Source: the human T2T-CHM13v2.0 reference genome, Homo sapiens. From it: DNA of 64,000 bases. The notes beneath the pieces are model-generated. The model worked only from the letters and a program-made list of their open reading frames with translations, was not told where the DNA came from and did not search any database. Positions 28,505-47,730 of the stretch are shown piece by piece; the stretch's first letter is position 1, and each line of letters opens with the position of its first letter. The position numbers were made by a program, and so were the translations under genes. Location of the stretch: the NCBI RefSeq assembly GCF_009914755.1, contig NC_060929.1; one strand, written 5' to 3'.

Positions 28505-28798
28505 TTTTCTTTTTTTTGAGTCAGAGTCTCATTCTATTGCCCAGGCTGGATTGCAGTGGCGCAATTTCGGCTCACTGAAAGCTCCACCCTCCGGGTTCAC
28601 GCCATTCTCCTGCGTCAGCCTCCTGAGTAGCTGGGACTACAGGCGCCTGCCACCATGCCCAGCTAATTTTTTGTATTTTTAGTAGAGACGGAGTTTCACC
28701 ATGTTGGCCAGGATGGTCTCAATCTCCTGACCTCGTGATCTGCCCGCCTTGGCCTCCCAAAGTGCTGGGATTACAGGTGTGAGCCACCGTGCCTGGCC
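28505..28798 (-). mobile_element. Alu (AluY/Sc-like) within a MER58-like element
   Basis: Reverse Alu; TSD aatatgcat on both sides. Confidence 0.93.
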
Positions 28799-29971
28799 AA
28801 TATGCATATTATAATTATTAAATTAAATAAAAATATACATGTTATATCTATTTTGAGTCCTAAAGTAAAATGTGTTTTTCACTCTAGGTTGTGATACTTG
28901 ACCACCATTGATCAATTTGCTCCTTTTAGAGACAAGGAGATCAAGGCCCGGAGAAGTGAAGGCTGTTCCCAGGTCACAAAACGGCCCAGGCAAAACAGGC
29001 CTCATGACATCATAGCTCTTCTGGCTGTCTAGCAAATGACAGACATTGGAAATTTATTTTATGGAATAGAGGCCTCCAGTTAGGTCTCCTGAGCCAAAGG
29101 AAAGCAGATCCTTTGTATACATCCAAAAAGCCAAGTTGCAAACCCGTGAGTATCTGCTGTTCTATGGGTGGCTGAGAGATTGGCCTGGCTACCAATATGG
29201 CTTCAGTCATAGCATCTGCTTGCCAGTGTGCCCGTGTTCTGTGCATCAGAGTTGAGCTGGCTTCGCTATCTGCATCTGAGCACAAAACACAGTCTTCCCA
29301 GGGCTTGCCTAGCTTGCACTGCCCTCAATACAGTCATTAAAAAAAAATTGACATGATGGGGTCATGTCCCATTAAAGAGATTTTCTAAAGCATTATCTTT
29401 ATTATTGTTTAATTCCACTTTTAAAATTCAGATTAAGAGCAAGAACCTGCTCAGAGCCAGCCACGCTTCTTGCTTGTCATTTGCTCCCTTCTCTTACACT
29501 TCCTACACAGAAAAACAAAACAGGTGGAAGGCATTTTCCAGCCTCAGGGCCATGCTTCTGAGAGAACAATGCCTCCTATATTGCCATCTACAGGGTGTTG
29601 TGCAGGTTTGCTCTGTAAACCTGCAGTCCTTTCTGAAGCCAAAGGAGGAGTTGCTGGTAATAATAAAGTCCATGAAGTCACAGCAGTGTTCTGCTCATTC
29701 ATGTCACAAGGAAATGTTTGGGGGTTTTGTGGAACACATTTCCAGCCAGGACCAGAGGCACAGGGGAGCTCCATTTAATGCCATCTCAAGGTGGGGTGGG
29801 GCTAGGGTTAGGGTCTTCTTTAGGCAAAAAAGGAATCAGAGACACCTTGGAAACCCAGTTCATAGGGACCAAAAGGGCCAGAATGGGCCGTTTGTGAAGT
29901 GAATATATACTCCTCAAATGCTCCTTTCTCTCCGGTATTACAAATCCATTAATCTTCAATGTTCATGAGTA

Positions 29972-30066
29972 GAGAAAGAAGGAAATGGGGGAAGGGGAGG
30001 GGAAGGGAGGCAAAAGGAGGGGAGAGGAAGAAAGAAGGGGAGGGGAGGAGGAAGAGCAGAGGAACA
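29972..30066 (+). repeat. Polypurine (GA-rich) low-complexity tract
   Basis: Almost pure A/G over ~95 nt. Confidence 0.85.
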
Positions 30067-31576
30067 AATGTGTTTATCTTTCTTATTTAGCTGCAGCCTG
30101 CTGCCCTTGCTCCTTTTGGTTGGCCTCTTTTTAGGTCAGGAATGCAGACTCGGGTCACCACATACAGGGGCCCTCAGTCCCATCTTCTTTTATTCCAGCC
30201 ATCCATCCCCAGAATTTCCCTTGTTCCTTAGCATGTGGTTGGGGTGGGGTAGTGGGCAGTGGGTGACAGGAGGCAGAGGGAGTAGAAGTGCTTTCGGAGG
30301 CAATAAAACCTTGTCACTCACACCCTCTGAATAAACCATTAGCATTGCTGGTGACCTAACTAGAAACTGAAAACGATAAGACAAAAGCTAGGGAATTAAC
30401 CTTTCATCCACTGTTCTTTCTTTTTAAAAAAATTTAATGGGAAGGTAGACTTTCTCTGGCTAACATACAGTGTGCTGGAAAAATTGCTTCCTTATGGAGG
30501 AAGAAAAGCCACCAGCAGGGCTGAGAGTAGCAGAGCAGCTGCCTGGAGACTTGGCAGGCTGGGCGCCTTGTCAGTTCCTGCCAAAGAAACCATGGCCTGC
30601 ATCGCCTCCTGGCCCTTCTCAGGCCCTCTTCCAGACCTGTGGACTTCCTTTATTGGCTGAAATCATGAAACTAACTTTTGCTCCATACGGTAGAAACAGG
30701 GAGGTTTAAGCTAATTTCTACCTTGACATTTCCAATGAGAGAAACACATTAATGAGTTAAACGGAAGGATGATTTTCCCCTTGGCCTCTTTACCATATCT
30801 TTTGCCTCCTGCTGACTAATAATGCAAGGGCAGATCAGGTGATTCACAGAAATCCTGTGTGCCAGGGCTTCTTGCATGGGGAGGATGTGGTGCCAAGAGA
30901 AACACACCATGCTCCATTCAGACCGAAAGGCACACAACGTCTCTCATTGTTTATATGGTATGGAGGACCTTTGCGCTGTCCACGGAGATCCATCAGACCC
31001 ACCTTCAAGTGTATTTGGGATATACTGATTTATTTTCCTGTAGTTGTAGAATATGTCTTATATGATGCAACATTTAAACTGGTTTAAGCTATTTAATGCT
31101 TCTAGGCCAACGCAAATTTATTTCTTTGCTTGAGTCAGTTGACTTATGCCCTTCCTGAATTCAAAAGGCAATGAGTTCTGATCATCAGGGGATATTGCAC
31201 GTCTAATGTGAAGTCGGGCTGGTCTCAAAATTATCCTGCTGTTTCTCCTTTTCATGAACACATTTCTTAAAAGGAGAGAACAACCATCTTCAACTACACA
31301 AATCTTCTAGGAATTCATATTTTTCGTAATGTTAACTTTTAACCCTTCTATTGCAATTTAAGCCAATCACATATTTCAACTTATAATGTTTTCATTTATA
31401 TATAAAGCAAAGGCTATATAAATGGCAGCTATAGCACTGAAGTTGAATGAAGCTCATGGACTTTTCCTTTTTTTTTTTTTTTTTTGGTCCAAAATTGTTT
31501 GGGTCAAAATTTTAAAATTAAGAGATTTTACTATAAAATCTGTATCTGCAGCTCTTCTTGAAAATCCATGTTTGTC

Positions 31577-32237
<661 letters not shown>

Positions 32238-33762
32238 GTCGCCATGGGACTCACATTCTCGCCTGTCAGCAATCTATTTATGCTATCCTGTGGCTTCTCT
32301 ATGAGGTGGTGCCTGCCCTCTCCATTCTCTTAGAGAGAGAGTTCACCCCAGGCTCCTCTCATTATTTCTCTACCCTGAAGCCACATGTCAGTTGCTTTGT
32401 TATTTTACTTGTATTGTTGTTTTTCTTAGACTAGAAAAATATTTTTCTGTGCCCAGATGACTATTAAAAGTGGGAAAAACGAAAGTGAAACTGGAAAAAG
32501 CTCCACATTTCTAAGAGGACACATGGAGAGATTCTAATTGCCAGAGAGAAAGTAACTTTTATCCTTGAGCTTGCTTCACTCAGAAAGATTGCCTCTGGCT
32601 GTTGTGTGCATTTGTGATTGAAACCCCCAGTATATCCTGTTTCTAACACCCTCTCTACACATTCTGTGGTAGCAGCCCATCCTCTGTCTTACTTTCTGTT
32701 CTCTAACTGATTTCTTTTATAATACCACACATAAACGAACGTTAGATGATTCAAGAAAATGAGAATCCAACTGATCGAAGGTAAGAATTAGAATTTCATG
32801 GTCATAAGCAAAGGGTAAAAATAATATGTAGAGATAATAGGAGATATGTGTTTTTTTCCTTATTGCTAACTGGTTACAGAGGCAGAGGTTGAAAAATCAC
32901 TATTGAGTCTCATAAAGGACAAATTTTACTTTTTATTTCCCATAGATATAGTTTTTTATCTTCAGGATTCACATATATAAAAAATCAAGTATAAAACTTA
33001 CTTTCTCTTTGGCAATTAGAATCTCTCTGTGCATTCTCTTGGAAACAAGTAAGCTTCTACAAAGCTATCCAAGATGGTGGCTCTGAATTCCCTAAGCTTT
33101 CTACAAAAGCTTCTCATCAGAGACTTTAGGAAAGTTCCTTGAGGTATAAGGCAGTTTCCAAAACAAAGCCACAAAATGTCAGATTTAGACATGTAATAAT
33201 AAATGTCTGTTATGAAAAAGCCAATAAAAGATGAGAGATGGGAACCCAGATATAATGATATTGAAGGAAGGTGGATTTTTTCACTAAATTTTTCCTCGAT
33301 ATTTACTAGAACTCCAGGAGAATTTTATAAATTTTTATAAATTTTTTTAAATCCCCAAGGTGCTGCAGACTACCTCTATGAAGTGAATCTCTGGGGCAGA
33401 TAATCTCTTTTTACCACTTGCCCCAGCAAATAGCACCTTAGTGAGCAAAGCTCATGAAAATTAGGCAAACCCTCTCTGGGTCATTCTCATTCAGAATGAG
33501 CCATGAGGAAAAATGCAGTTTTTAAGAGAATGTAAGCTTTAAGAAAATGAACTGTGGAGGTTGGGGGTTAGAGGTTGGAGGAGGTTGGGTGAGAGCTTAG
33601 AACCTCAGAGATGTAATTAATCTGTTCAGGATTTAAAATTAATGTTACTTTGCAAGAATTATATTCAAGTAAGCATGTGAGAGAAATGGGGGCCAGGGAA
33701 AGACTCCAAGGTAAATGGCTTAGAGGGGATTGCTCTCTAGATTTTAGAGAGAGAGAAATCTT

Positions 33763-33930
33763 CACACACACACACACACACACAGACACTGACACACATA
33801 CAATTATTTAACATTTGCCAAATTTGCTTTATCTATGTGTATATGTTTTATGCTTATAAATGTGTATATATGATCACTGTTTTATCTGTGTGTGAGTGTG
33901 TGTGTGTGTTACACACACACACATATATAC
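33763..33930. repeat. (CA)n and (TG)n microsatellites
   Basis: (CA)n at 33763-33784; (TG)n then (AC)n at ~33887-33923. Confidence 0.85.
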
Positions 33931-33990
33931 ATGTTCTGAAGCATTTGATAGAAAGTTGCAGATAGCAGAAATCTATTCCCTTAAACATGA

Positions 33991-34685
<695 letters not shown>

Positions 34686-34850
34686 CCCAGCTAATTTTTG
34701 TATTTTTAGTAGAGACAGGGTTTTGCCATGTTGGTTAGGCTTGTCTTGAACTCCTGGCCTCAAGTGATCTGCCCACCTTGGCCCCCCATAGTGTTGGGAT
34801 TACAGGTGTGAGCCACTGTGCCTGGCCCAAGAAATTTAATATTGAGATAA

Positions 34851-37154
34851 TGTATTAGTCCATTCTCACACTGCTAATAAGAACATACCTGAGACTGGGT
34901 AATTTATAAAGAAAAAAAGGTTTAATGGACTCACAGTTCCACATGGCTGTGGAGGCCTCACAATGATAGCAGAGGGTGAAGGAGGAGCACAGGCATGTCT
35001 TACATGGTGACAGGCAAGAGAGTGTGTGCAGGGGAACTGCCCTTTATAAAACCATCAGATCTTGTGAGACTCATTCACTATTATGAGAACAGCATGGGAA
35101 AAACCCACCCCCATAATTCAGTTACCTCCTACTTGGTCCCTCCCACAACAATGTGGGGATTATGGGAGCTAAAATTCAAGATGAGATTTGGGTGGGAACA
35201 CAGCAAAACCATATCATTCTGCCCCTGGCCCCTCTGAAATCTCATGTCCTCACAATTCAAAACACAATCATGGCCTTCCAACAGTCCTCCAAAGTCTTAA
35301 CTCATTCCAGCATTAACTCAACAGTACAAGTCCAAAGTCTCATCTGAAACAAGGCAAGTCCCTTCTGCCTATAAGCCTGTAAAAATCAAAAGCCAGTTAG
35401 TTATTTCCTAGTTACAATGAGGGTACAGGCATTGGGTAAATACATCTGTTCCAAATGGGAGAAATTGGCCAAAACAAAGGGGCCACAAACCCCATGCAAG
35501 TCCAAAATCCAATAGAGCAGTCATTAAATCTTAAAGTTCCAAAATGATCTCCTTTGACTCCGTGTCTCACATCCAGGTCATGCTGATGCAAGAGGTGGGC
35601 TTCCATGGCCTTGGTCAGTTCTGCCCCGGTGGCTTTGCAGGGTCCAGACCCTCTCCCAGCTGCTTTCACAGGCTGGTGTTGAGTGTCTGTAGTTTTTCCA
35701 GGTGCAGAATGCAAGCAGTTAGTGGATCTACCATTCTGGGAGCTGGATGATGGTGGCCCTCTTCTCACAGCTCCATTAGGCAGAGGACTGTGTGTGGGGG
35801 TTCAAACCCCACATTTCCCTTCTGCTCTGCCAGGAGAGGTTCTTCATAAGCGACCCATCCCTGCAGGAAACTTTTGCCTGGATATCTAGATGTTTCCCTA
35901 CATCCTCAGAAACCTAAGTGAAGGTTCCCAAACCTCAATTCTTGACTTCTGTGCACCTGAAAGCTCAACACCACATGGAAACTTGCAAAGCTCTGGCTTG
36001 CAACTTTTGAATCCATGGCCTGAGCTGTACCTTGGCCCCTTTTAGCCACTACTGGAGCAACTGGAACACAGGGCATCAAGTCCCAAGGCTGCACACAGTA
36101 GGGGGGCCCTGGACTCAGCCTATGAAACCATTTTTTCCTCCTAGGCCTCAGGGCCGGTGATGGAAGGGCTTCCAAGAAGGTCTCTGATATGCCCTGAAGA
36201 CATTTTCCCCATTGTTTTGGTGATTAACTTTCGGCTCCTGGTTACTTATGCAAATTTCTGCAGCAGGCTCAAATTTTTCCACAGAAAATGGGTTTTTCTT
36301 TTCTATTGCATCATCAGGCTGCACATTTTCCAACTTTTATGTTCTGCTTCCTCTTGAATGCTTTGCCACTTAGAAATTTCTTCTACCAGATAACCTAAAT
36401 CATCTCTTTCAAGTTCAAAGTCCCACAGATCTCTAGGGCAGGGGAAAAATGCTGCCAGTCTCTTTGCATAGGAAGAGTGACCTTTACTCCAGTTCCTAAC
36501 AAGTTTCTCATCTCCATCTGAGACCACCTCAGTCTGGATGTTATTGTCTATAACACTTTCAGCATTTTGGTCAAAGCCATTTAACAAGACTCTATAAAGT
36601 TTCAAACTTTCTCACATCCTCTTGTCTTCTGACCCCTTTAAGTCTCCAGGAAGTTCCAAACTTCCCCACATTTTCTTGTCTTCTTCTGAGCCCTCTAAAC
36701 TGTTCCAACCTCTGCCTGTTACCCAGTTCTAAAGTTACTTCCACATTTTCGGGTATCTATACAGCAGCGCCCCACTCCTGGTACCAATTTACTGTATTAG
36801 TTAGTTCTCACACTGCTAGTAAAGACATACCAGAGACTAGGTAGTTTATAAAGAACAAAGGGTTTAATGGACTCACAGTTCCACATAGCTGTGGAGGCCT
36901 CACAATCGTGGCAGAAGGTGGAGGAGCAAAGTCATGTCTTACATGGCAGCAAGCAAGAGAGTGTGTGCAGGGGAACTGCCCTTTATATAACCATCAGATC
37001 TCATGAGACTTATTCACTATCACAAGAAGAGCACAGGAAAAACCTGGCCCCATGATTCAATTATCTCCCACCTTGTCCCTTTCACAACACATGGAGATTA
37101 TGGCAGCTACAATTCAAGATGAGATTTGGGTAGGGAAACAGCCAAACCATATTA
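34851..37154 (-). mobile_element. Full-length THE1 (THE1C/D-like) MaLR element: LTR-internal-LTR
   Basis: LTRs 34851-35216 and 36793-37154 (tgtattagt...aaccatat[c/t]a); ~1.6-kb internal region with MaLR ORF remnants (LLNGFDQNA, LWDFELERDDLGYLVEEISK); TSD gataa/aataa. Confidence 0.93.
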
Positions 37155-37207
37155 AATAATATTTAACACATAGTTCATACCCAGACTTGCCCCCAAATGT
37201 CCTTTAT

Positions 37208-37294
37208 TTATTATTAGTTTTGGAGTAAAGTGAAAGCAAGTTTATTAAGAAAGAAAAGAAATAAAAGAATGACAACTCCATAGGCAGAGCAACT
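37208..37294 (-). mobile_element. Polyadenylated ERV1 LTR stub (LTR8/MER4-like R region) with TSD
   Basis: Minus strand ...CTTAATAAACTTGCTTTCACTTTACTCC then an A-rich tail; exact 17-bp TSD ccccaaatgtcctttat at 37191-37207 and 37295-37311. Confidence 0.8.
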
Positions 37295-38654
37295 CCCCAA
37301 ATGTCCTTTATAGCTATGCATATACACGATTCCCCCAGAACAAGATTCACTTATGAATCACGTTTTGCATTTCAATGACATTTTTCTTTAATCTTTATTC
37401 TGGAACAATCACCCTGCTTTTCATAACATTGATATTTTTGATGAGCCCATACCAGTAGTCTTGTATCTTCCTTTGTTTTTTAAATCATGTGTGCGTGTGT
37501 ATTTTGTACTATTGGGCAGATCTTATTGTTTAAAAGTACACACTGTGAAAAGTGGTGGCTTCAGTTACCACCCTAGGTCTATTTATTAGCTTTAGGCTCT
37601 TAGACGTTATTTAAACTCTCTGTGCCTCAGTTGCATCTAAACCATGGTTATAAGTTACCCGAATGTTCAGAAGGATACCAAGCACATCCAAATGGTCAGC
37701 TATTGCTGTTTGTTTTATGGTATCATTAGAGAATATATTCTGATTCGATCTTGGAGCAGGTGGGATAGTTTTATATGATTACTGATACTCCAGTTGCAGT
37801 GAAAACAATTTCTTCTTAGCTTAGAATAATAGTCACAGTAGTATATCCTGACTTCTTATCAAAGATAAAATCATGTTGTCTCTAATTACTGTATATACTG
37901 GTTCAGATTTAAGTTATGCCAATATTATATGGCAAATTATAACACTAACTAAGAGTATACATACAGGTTAATTGTGTGGGCTTGGGAGTAAAAATACCTG
38001 GATTTGCTACCCTGCTTGGGCACTCATGAGCTATTTGAACAAATCACTTATCTCTCTGAGCTGTTATTTCCTCACTCACTAAATGAGGTTAATAACTATC
38101 TCAGAGATATGTTTGCAAAACACGTTCCTTTCCTGGCACCTAGGAAACCCTTTAAAATCTTCTCTAGAACAACAACAACAACAACAATAAAATCACTTAT
38201 TAACTTGCCTTCAGGAGATATTACAAACATTTAATAAAATTACTGAAATTATTAAACATCAGTGATTTTCTTAATGATAACACCTAGGACAATTTTGCTT
38301 AAAATTAGCCAGGCCATTCTCTTTGTTCCACATTTTTAAAGCATCTGGATCCTCTTTAGATGACACATACACCTATACTTTAGATAGTAAAAGTATTTGA
38401 AAAATTACAGTAACTTGTGGAAGTTGTTTTGTCTTATTTTATCACCTTTACTTAAAAGTTGGCAAGCATTTTGAGGAAAGGCAAAGTAGTGTTGTGGGAA
38501 GGACATGGGCTATGTGGAGAGAGAACCTGGCCCTGCCCCCTTCTAGGTACATGGCATTGGAGAAATAACCCAAGATTTTTACACTCTAATTTTTTCTTTT
38601 GTGAGAAAGTATATAATACAGTGCCTAAAACACAGTGACTTCTCCATCAATGGT

Positions 38655-38755
38655 TCCTTCCTTCCCTCCTTCCTTTCTTCCTTCCCTGCTTTTTTCTTTC
38701 CTTTCATCTTCCACATCTTCTTCCTCTTTTCCCCCTTCTTCTCATTCTCCCTTCA
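38655..38755 (+). repeat. Polypyrimidine (CT-rich) low-complexity tract
   Basis: ttccttccttccctccttcc... nearly pure C/T. Confidence 0.8.
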
Positions 38756-39175
38756 TAAGTACATGAGCTTATGGTGAGCATGTAAGTTGAGAGTGTCCAA
38801 AGAAATATATTTACAGACCTTTGAAGTAAGATCTCATCCACTCCCGTTCCTCACTTGGGAAATACTACATACATGTCCTACACATACCTCTGAGCTTGGC
38901 AAGGACTTTATGTGCACCAGTGCAAAGGAAGTACTGTGTCTGCCTGATTTAGCAATGTCAGGGTCTCCAGAAAACTCTCTCTCCCTCACAAATTAGATGG
39001 AGCTTGGCATTTTCTTTTTTTTGAGAGAAAATTTTTTTATTTTTATTTTTATTTTTTATTACACTTTAAGTTCTAGGGTACATGTGCACAACGTGCAGGT
39101 TTGTTACATATGTATACCACACAACAGGCCCCAGTGTGTGATGTTCCCCTTCCTGTGTCCAAATGTTCTCATTGT

Positions 39176-42988
<3,813 letters not shown>

Positions 42989-43051
42989 TATGATGTTAGG
43001 TGGTTATTTTGCTCGTTAGTTGATGCAGTTTCTTCCTAACATTGATGGTCT

Positions 43052-44064
43052 TTATAATTTGTCATGTTTTTGCAGCGGCTGGTACCGGTTGTTCCTTTCC
43101 ATGTTTAGTGCTTCCTTCAGGAGCTCTTTTAGGGCATGCCTGGTGGTGACAAAATCTCTCAGCATTTGCTTGTCTGTAAAGGATTTTATTTCTCCTTGAC
43201 TTATGAAGGTTAGTTTGGCTGAATGTGAAATTCTGGTTGAAAATTCTTTTCTTTAAGGAAGTTGAATATTGGCCCCCACTGTCTTCTGGCTTGTAGAGTT
43301 TCTGCCGAGACATACGCTGTTAGTCTGATGGGTTTCCCTTTGTGGGTAACCCAACCTCTCTCTCTGACTGCCCTTAACATTTTTTCCTTCATTTCAACTT
43401 TGGTGAATCTGACAATTATGTGTCTCTTGGAGTTGCTGTTCTTGAGGAGTATCTTTTTGCTGTTCTCTGTATTTCCTGGATTTGAATGTTGGCCTGCCTT
43501 GCTAGGTTGGGGAAGTTCTCCTGGATAATATCCTGAAGAGTGTTTTCCAGCTTGGTTCCATTCTCCCTGTCACTTTCAGGTACACCAATCATAGATTTGA
43601 TCTTTTCACATAGTCCCATATTTCTTGGAGGCTTGTTCATTTCTTTTTACTCTTTTTTCTCTGAACTTCTCTTCTCACTTCATTTCATTCATTTGATCTT
43701 CAATCACTGTTACCCTTTCTTCCAGTTGATCAAATCGGCTACTGAAGCTTGTGCATTCATCATGTAGTTCTCATTCCATGGTTTTCAGCTCAGTCAGGTC
43801 ATTTGAGGACTTCTCTACACTGGTTATACTAGTTAGCCATTCGTCTAATCTTTTTTCAAGGTTTTTAACTTCTTTGTGTTGGGTTCGAACTTCCTCCTTT
43901 AGCTCAGAGAAGTTTGATCACCTGAAGCCTTCTTCTCTCAACTCGTCAAAGTCATTCTCCATCCTACTTTGTTCCTTTGCTGGCGAGGAGCTGCATTCCT
44001 TTGGAGGGGGAGAGGTGCTCTTATTTTTAGAATTTTCAGCTTTTCTGCTCTGTTTTTTCCCCAT
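43052..44064 (-). pseudogene. L1 ORF1, disrupted
   Basis: ATGGGGAAAAAACAG start; fragments LENTLQDIIQENFPNLARQANIQIQE and KEKMLRA...KGKPIRLT. Confidence 0.9.
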
Positions 44065-44639
44065 CTTTGTGGTTTTATCTACCTTTAGTCTTTGATGATG
44101 GTGACGTACAGATGGGGTTTTGGTGTGGATGTCCTTTCTGTTTGTTAGTTTTCCTTCTAACAGTCAGGACCCTCAGCTGCAGGTGTGTTGGAGTTTGCTG
44201 GAGGTCCACTCCAGACCCCGTTTGCCTGGGTGTCAGTAGTGGAGGCTGCAGAACAGCAAATATTGCTGAACAGCAAATGTTTCTGCCTGATCGTTTCTCC
44301 GGAAGCTTCGTCTCTGAGTGGTATCTGGCAGTGTGAGGTGTCAGTCTGCCCCAAGTGGGGCGTGCCTCCCAGTTAGGCTACTCGGAGGTCAGGGCACCAC
44401 TTGAGGAGGCAGTCTGTCCATTCTCAGATCTCAAACTCCATGCTGGGAGAAACACTACTCCCTTCGAAGCTGTCAGACAGGGACATTTAAGTCTGCAGCA
44501 GTTTCTGCTGCCTTTTGTTTGGCTATGCCTTGCCCCCAGAGGTGGAGTCTACAGAGGCAGGCAGGCCTCCTTGAGCTGTAGTGGGCTCCACCCAGTTCGA
44601 GCTTCCTGACCGCTTTGTTTACCTACTCAAGCCTCAGCA

Positions 44640-44813
44640 ATGGCAGACGCCCCTCCCCCAGCCTTGCTGCTGCCTTGCAGTTCGATCTCAGACTGCTCTG
44701 CTAGCATTGAAGTGGGCATTGGACCCTCTGAGCCAGGCAGCGGATATAATCTCCTGGTGTGCCGTTTGCTGAGACCATTGGAAAAGTGCAGTATTAGGGT
44801 GGGAGTGACCTGA
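44640..44813 (+). pseudogene. L1 antisense ORF0 homologue, 57 codons, truncated
   Basis: Manual translation MADAPPPALLLPCSSISDCSASIEVGIGPSEPGSGYNLLVCRLLRPLEKCSIRVGVT*. Confidence 0.75.
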
Positions 44814-45419
44814 TTTTCCAGCTGCCGTCAGTCACCCCTTCCCTTGGCTATGAAAGAGAATTCCCTGACCCCTTGCACTTCCTGGGTGAGGCGATGCCTC
44901 GCCCTGCTTCAGCTCACACTCAGCGGGCTGCACCCACTGTCCTGCCCCCCATGTCCAATGAGCCCCAGTGAGATGAATCCAGTATCTCAGTTGGAAATGC
45001 AGAAATCACCTGTCATCTGCATCGCTCACACTGGGAGCTGTAGACTGGAGCTGTTCCTATTCGGCCATCTTGGAACTGCCGGCATTCTTTTATCAGAAAA
45101 TATAACCTTTCATTTCAAAGTGAGACAAAGGTTTGGAGTGCCAACCCCTTTGGTAACGGGAAAACAATGACTTCAAGATTGCCCTTTTCAACATAAAACA
45201 GGCCTAGGAAGCCTGAATGGTTGAGAGACTGTGTATAGAAAAAAGAGCTTAGGTTGCCACTCTCCTCCTCAACCATCACCTCCACCATCAACAAAGACCA
45301 AAGCCACTTTTCCACTGTCATGACTTTTTTAAGGGTATCTCATCAGATATGCTTGAGAAGGCAAATGTATATTTTGCAATTTTTGGTATGTGGACATACC
45401 AAACTTTTAAAAGTTTTCA

Positions 45420-46860
<1,441 letters not shown>

Positions 46861-47344
46861 TAAAGGATATGGGTCAATTCAGTTTTAATCCTGCTGGTAT
46901 GCTTTCTGCAAGGCTTCAGTGAGAATACTAAATCATCTGAAATCTAGTATTGAGGAGCTAAAAATCTAGTGGAGAAAATAGACACATACACAACTAAATA
47001 AAACCCCCTCTACACACAGGGGGCTATGGATGCTGAGGAGAGGGCAAAACTTTTGGCTTGGGGATAGGAGAAGGCTCATCAGAAATTATCATTCTGGGCC
47101 TTGCAAACCACCTGTGATTACCCAGTTCCAAGAAGAAACATTAGCCTATACACATACAGCTCTCTGAACCTTTAGGGAATGGCAGGGGGGCTGGACTGGC
47201 TGGGGTGTAGGGTGCTTCAGAGTAGGTGACCGCATAGCACTGGAAAGGTGGGTAGGCAGCACGTTTTACAGGATCTTGAGAGGATTGACAATACACCACC
47301 TTGCTTGTTTTATGTTATATTGAGCAGACATGTTAATTTATCCC

Positions 47345-47730
47345 AGAACAATCATTCACAAAGTGTGGTCCCTGAGCCAATAGCATCAGTGTCACCTGGG
47401 AACTTGTTAGAAATACAAATTCTCAGGCCCTACCCCTGGCCTATCAAATCAGAAATTCTACAGTGGGTTCAGCAATCATGTCTTTATATGTCCTTCTTTT
47501 AAGAGTCTGATGCTCACTAAAGTTTGGGAGTGTGTTTCTTTAAAGAGTGGTCCTACCTGCATCTGCATCACCTTTGGGGAAATGTGCATGTGGGGGGTTG
47601 CTGTTTGCCACATCTGCATATTCTTGGGCTGCACCTCAGAACAGCAGAATCAGAACAGAATGGGGCCTTGGACCTGCATGTTTGCAAGCTAGCTGTGCAA
47701 TTCTGACCAAAGTACAAGTATCACTGCCCT
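47345..47730. mobile_element. Two adjacent MER5-type MITEs
   Basis: caaagtgtggtccc...cacctgggaacttgttagaaatacaaattctcaggcc; second copy ~47540-47730. Confidence 0.7.

Noticed and set aside
29405-29902. 165-aa plus ORF in repeat-free DNA
   Set aside because: Non-ATG start, no homology I can recognise, no convincing splice boundaries
32700-32786. Isolated plus-strand splice-like motifs (GAAG|GTAAGA at 32780; others near 26957, 47853, 54062, 54989)
   Set aside because: Such motifs occur by chance at this density; no transcript evidence available
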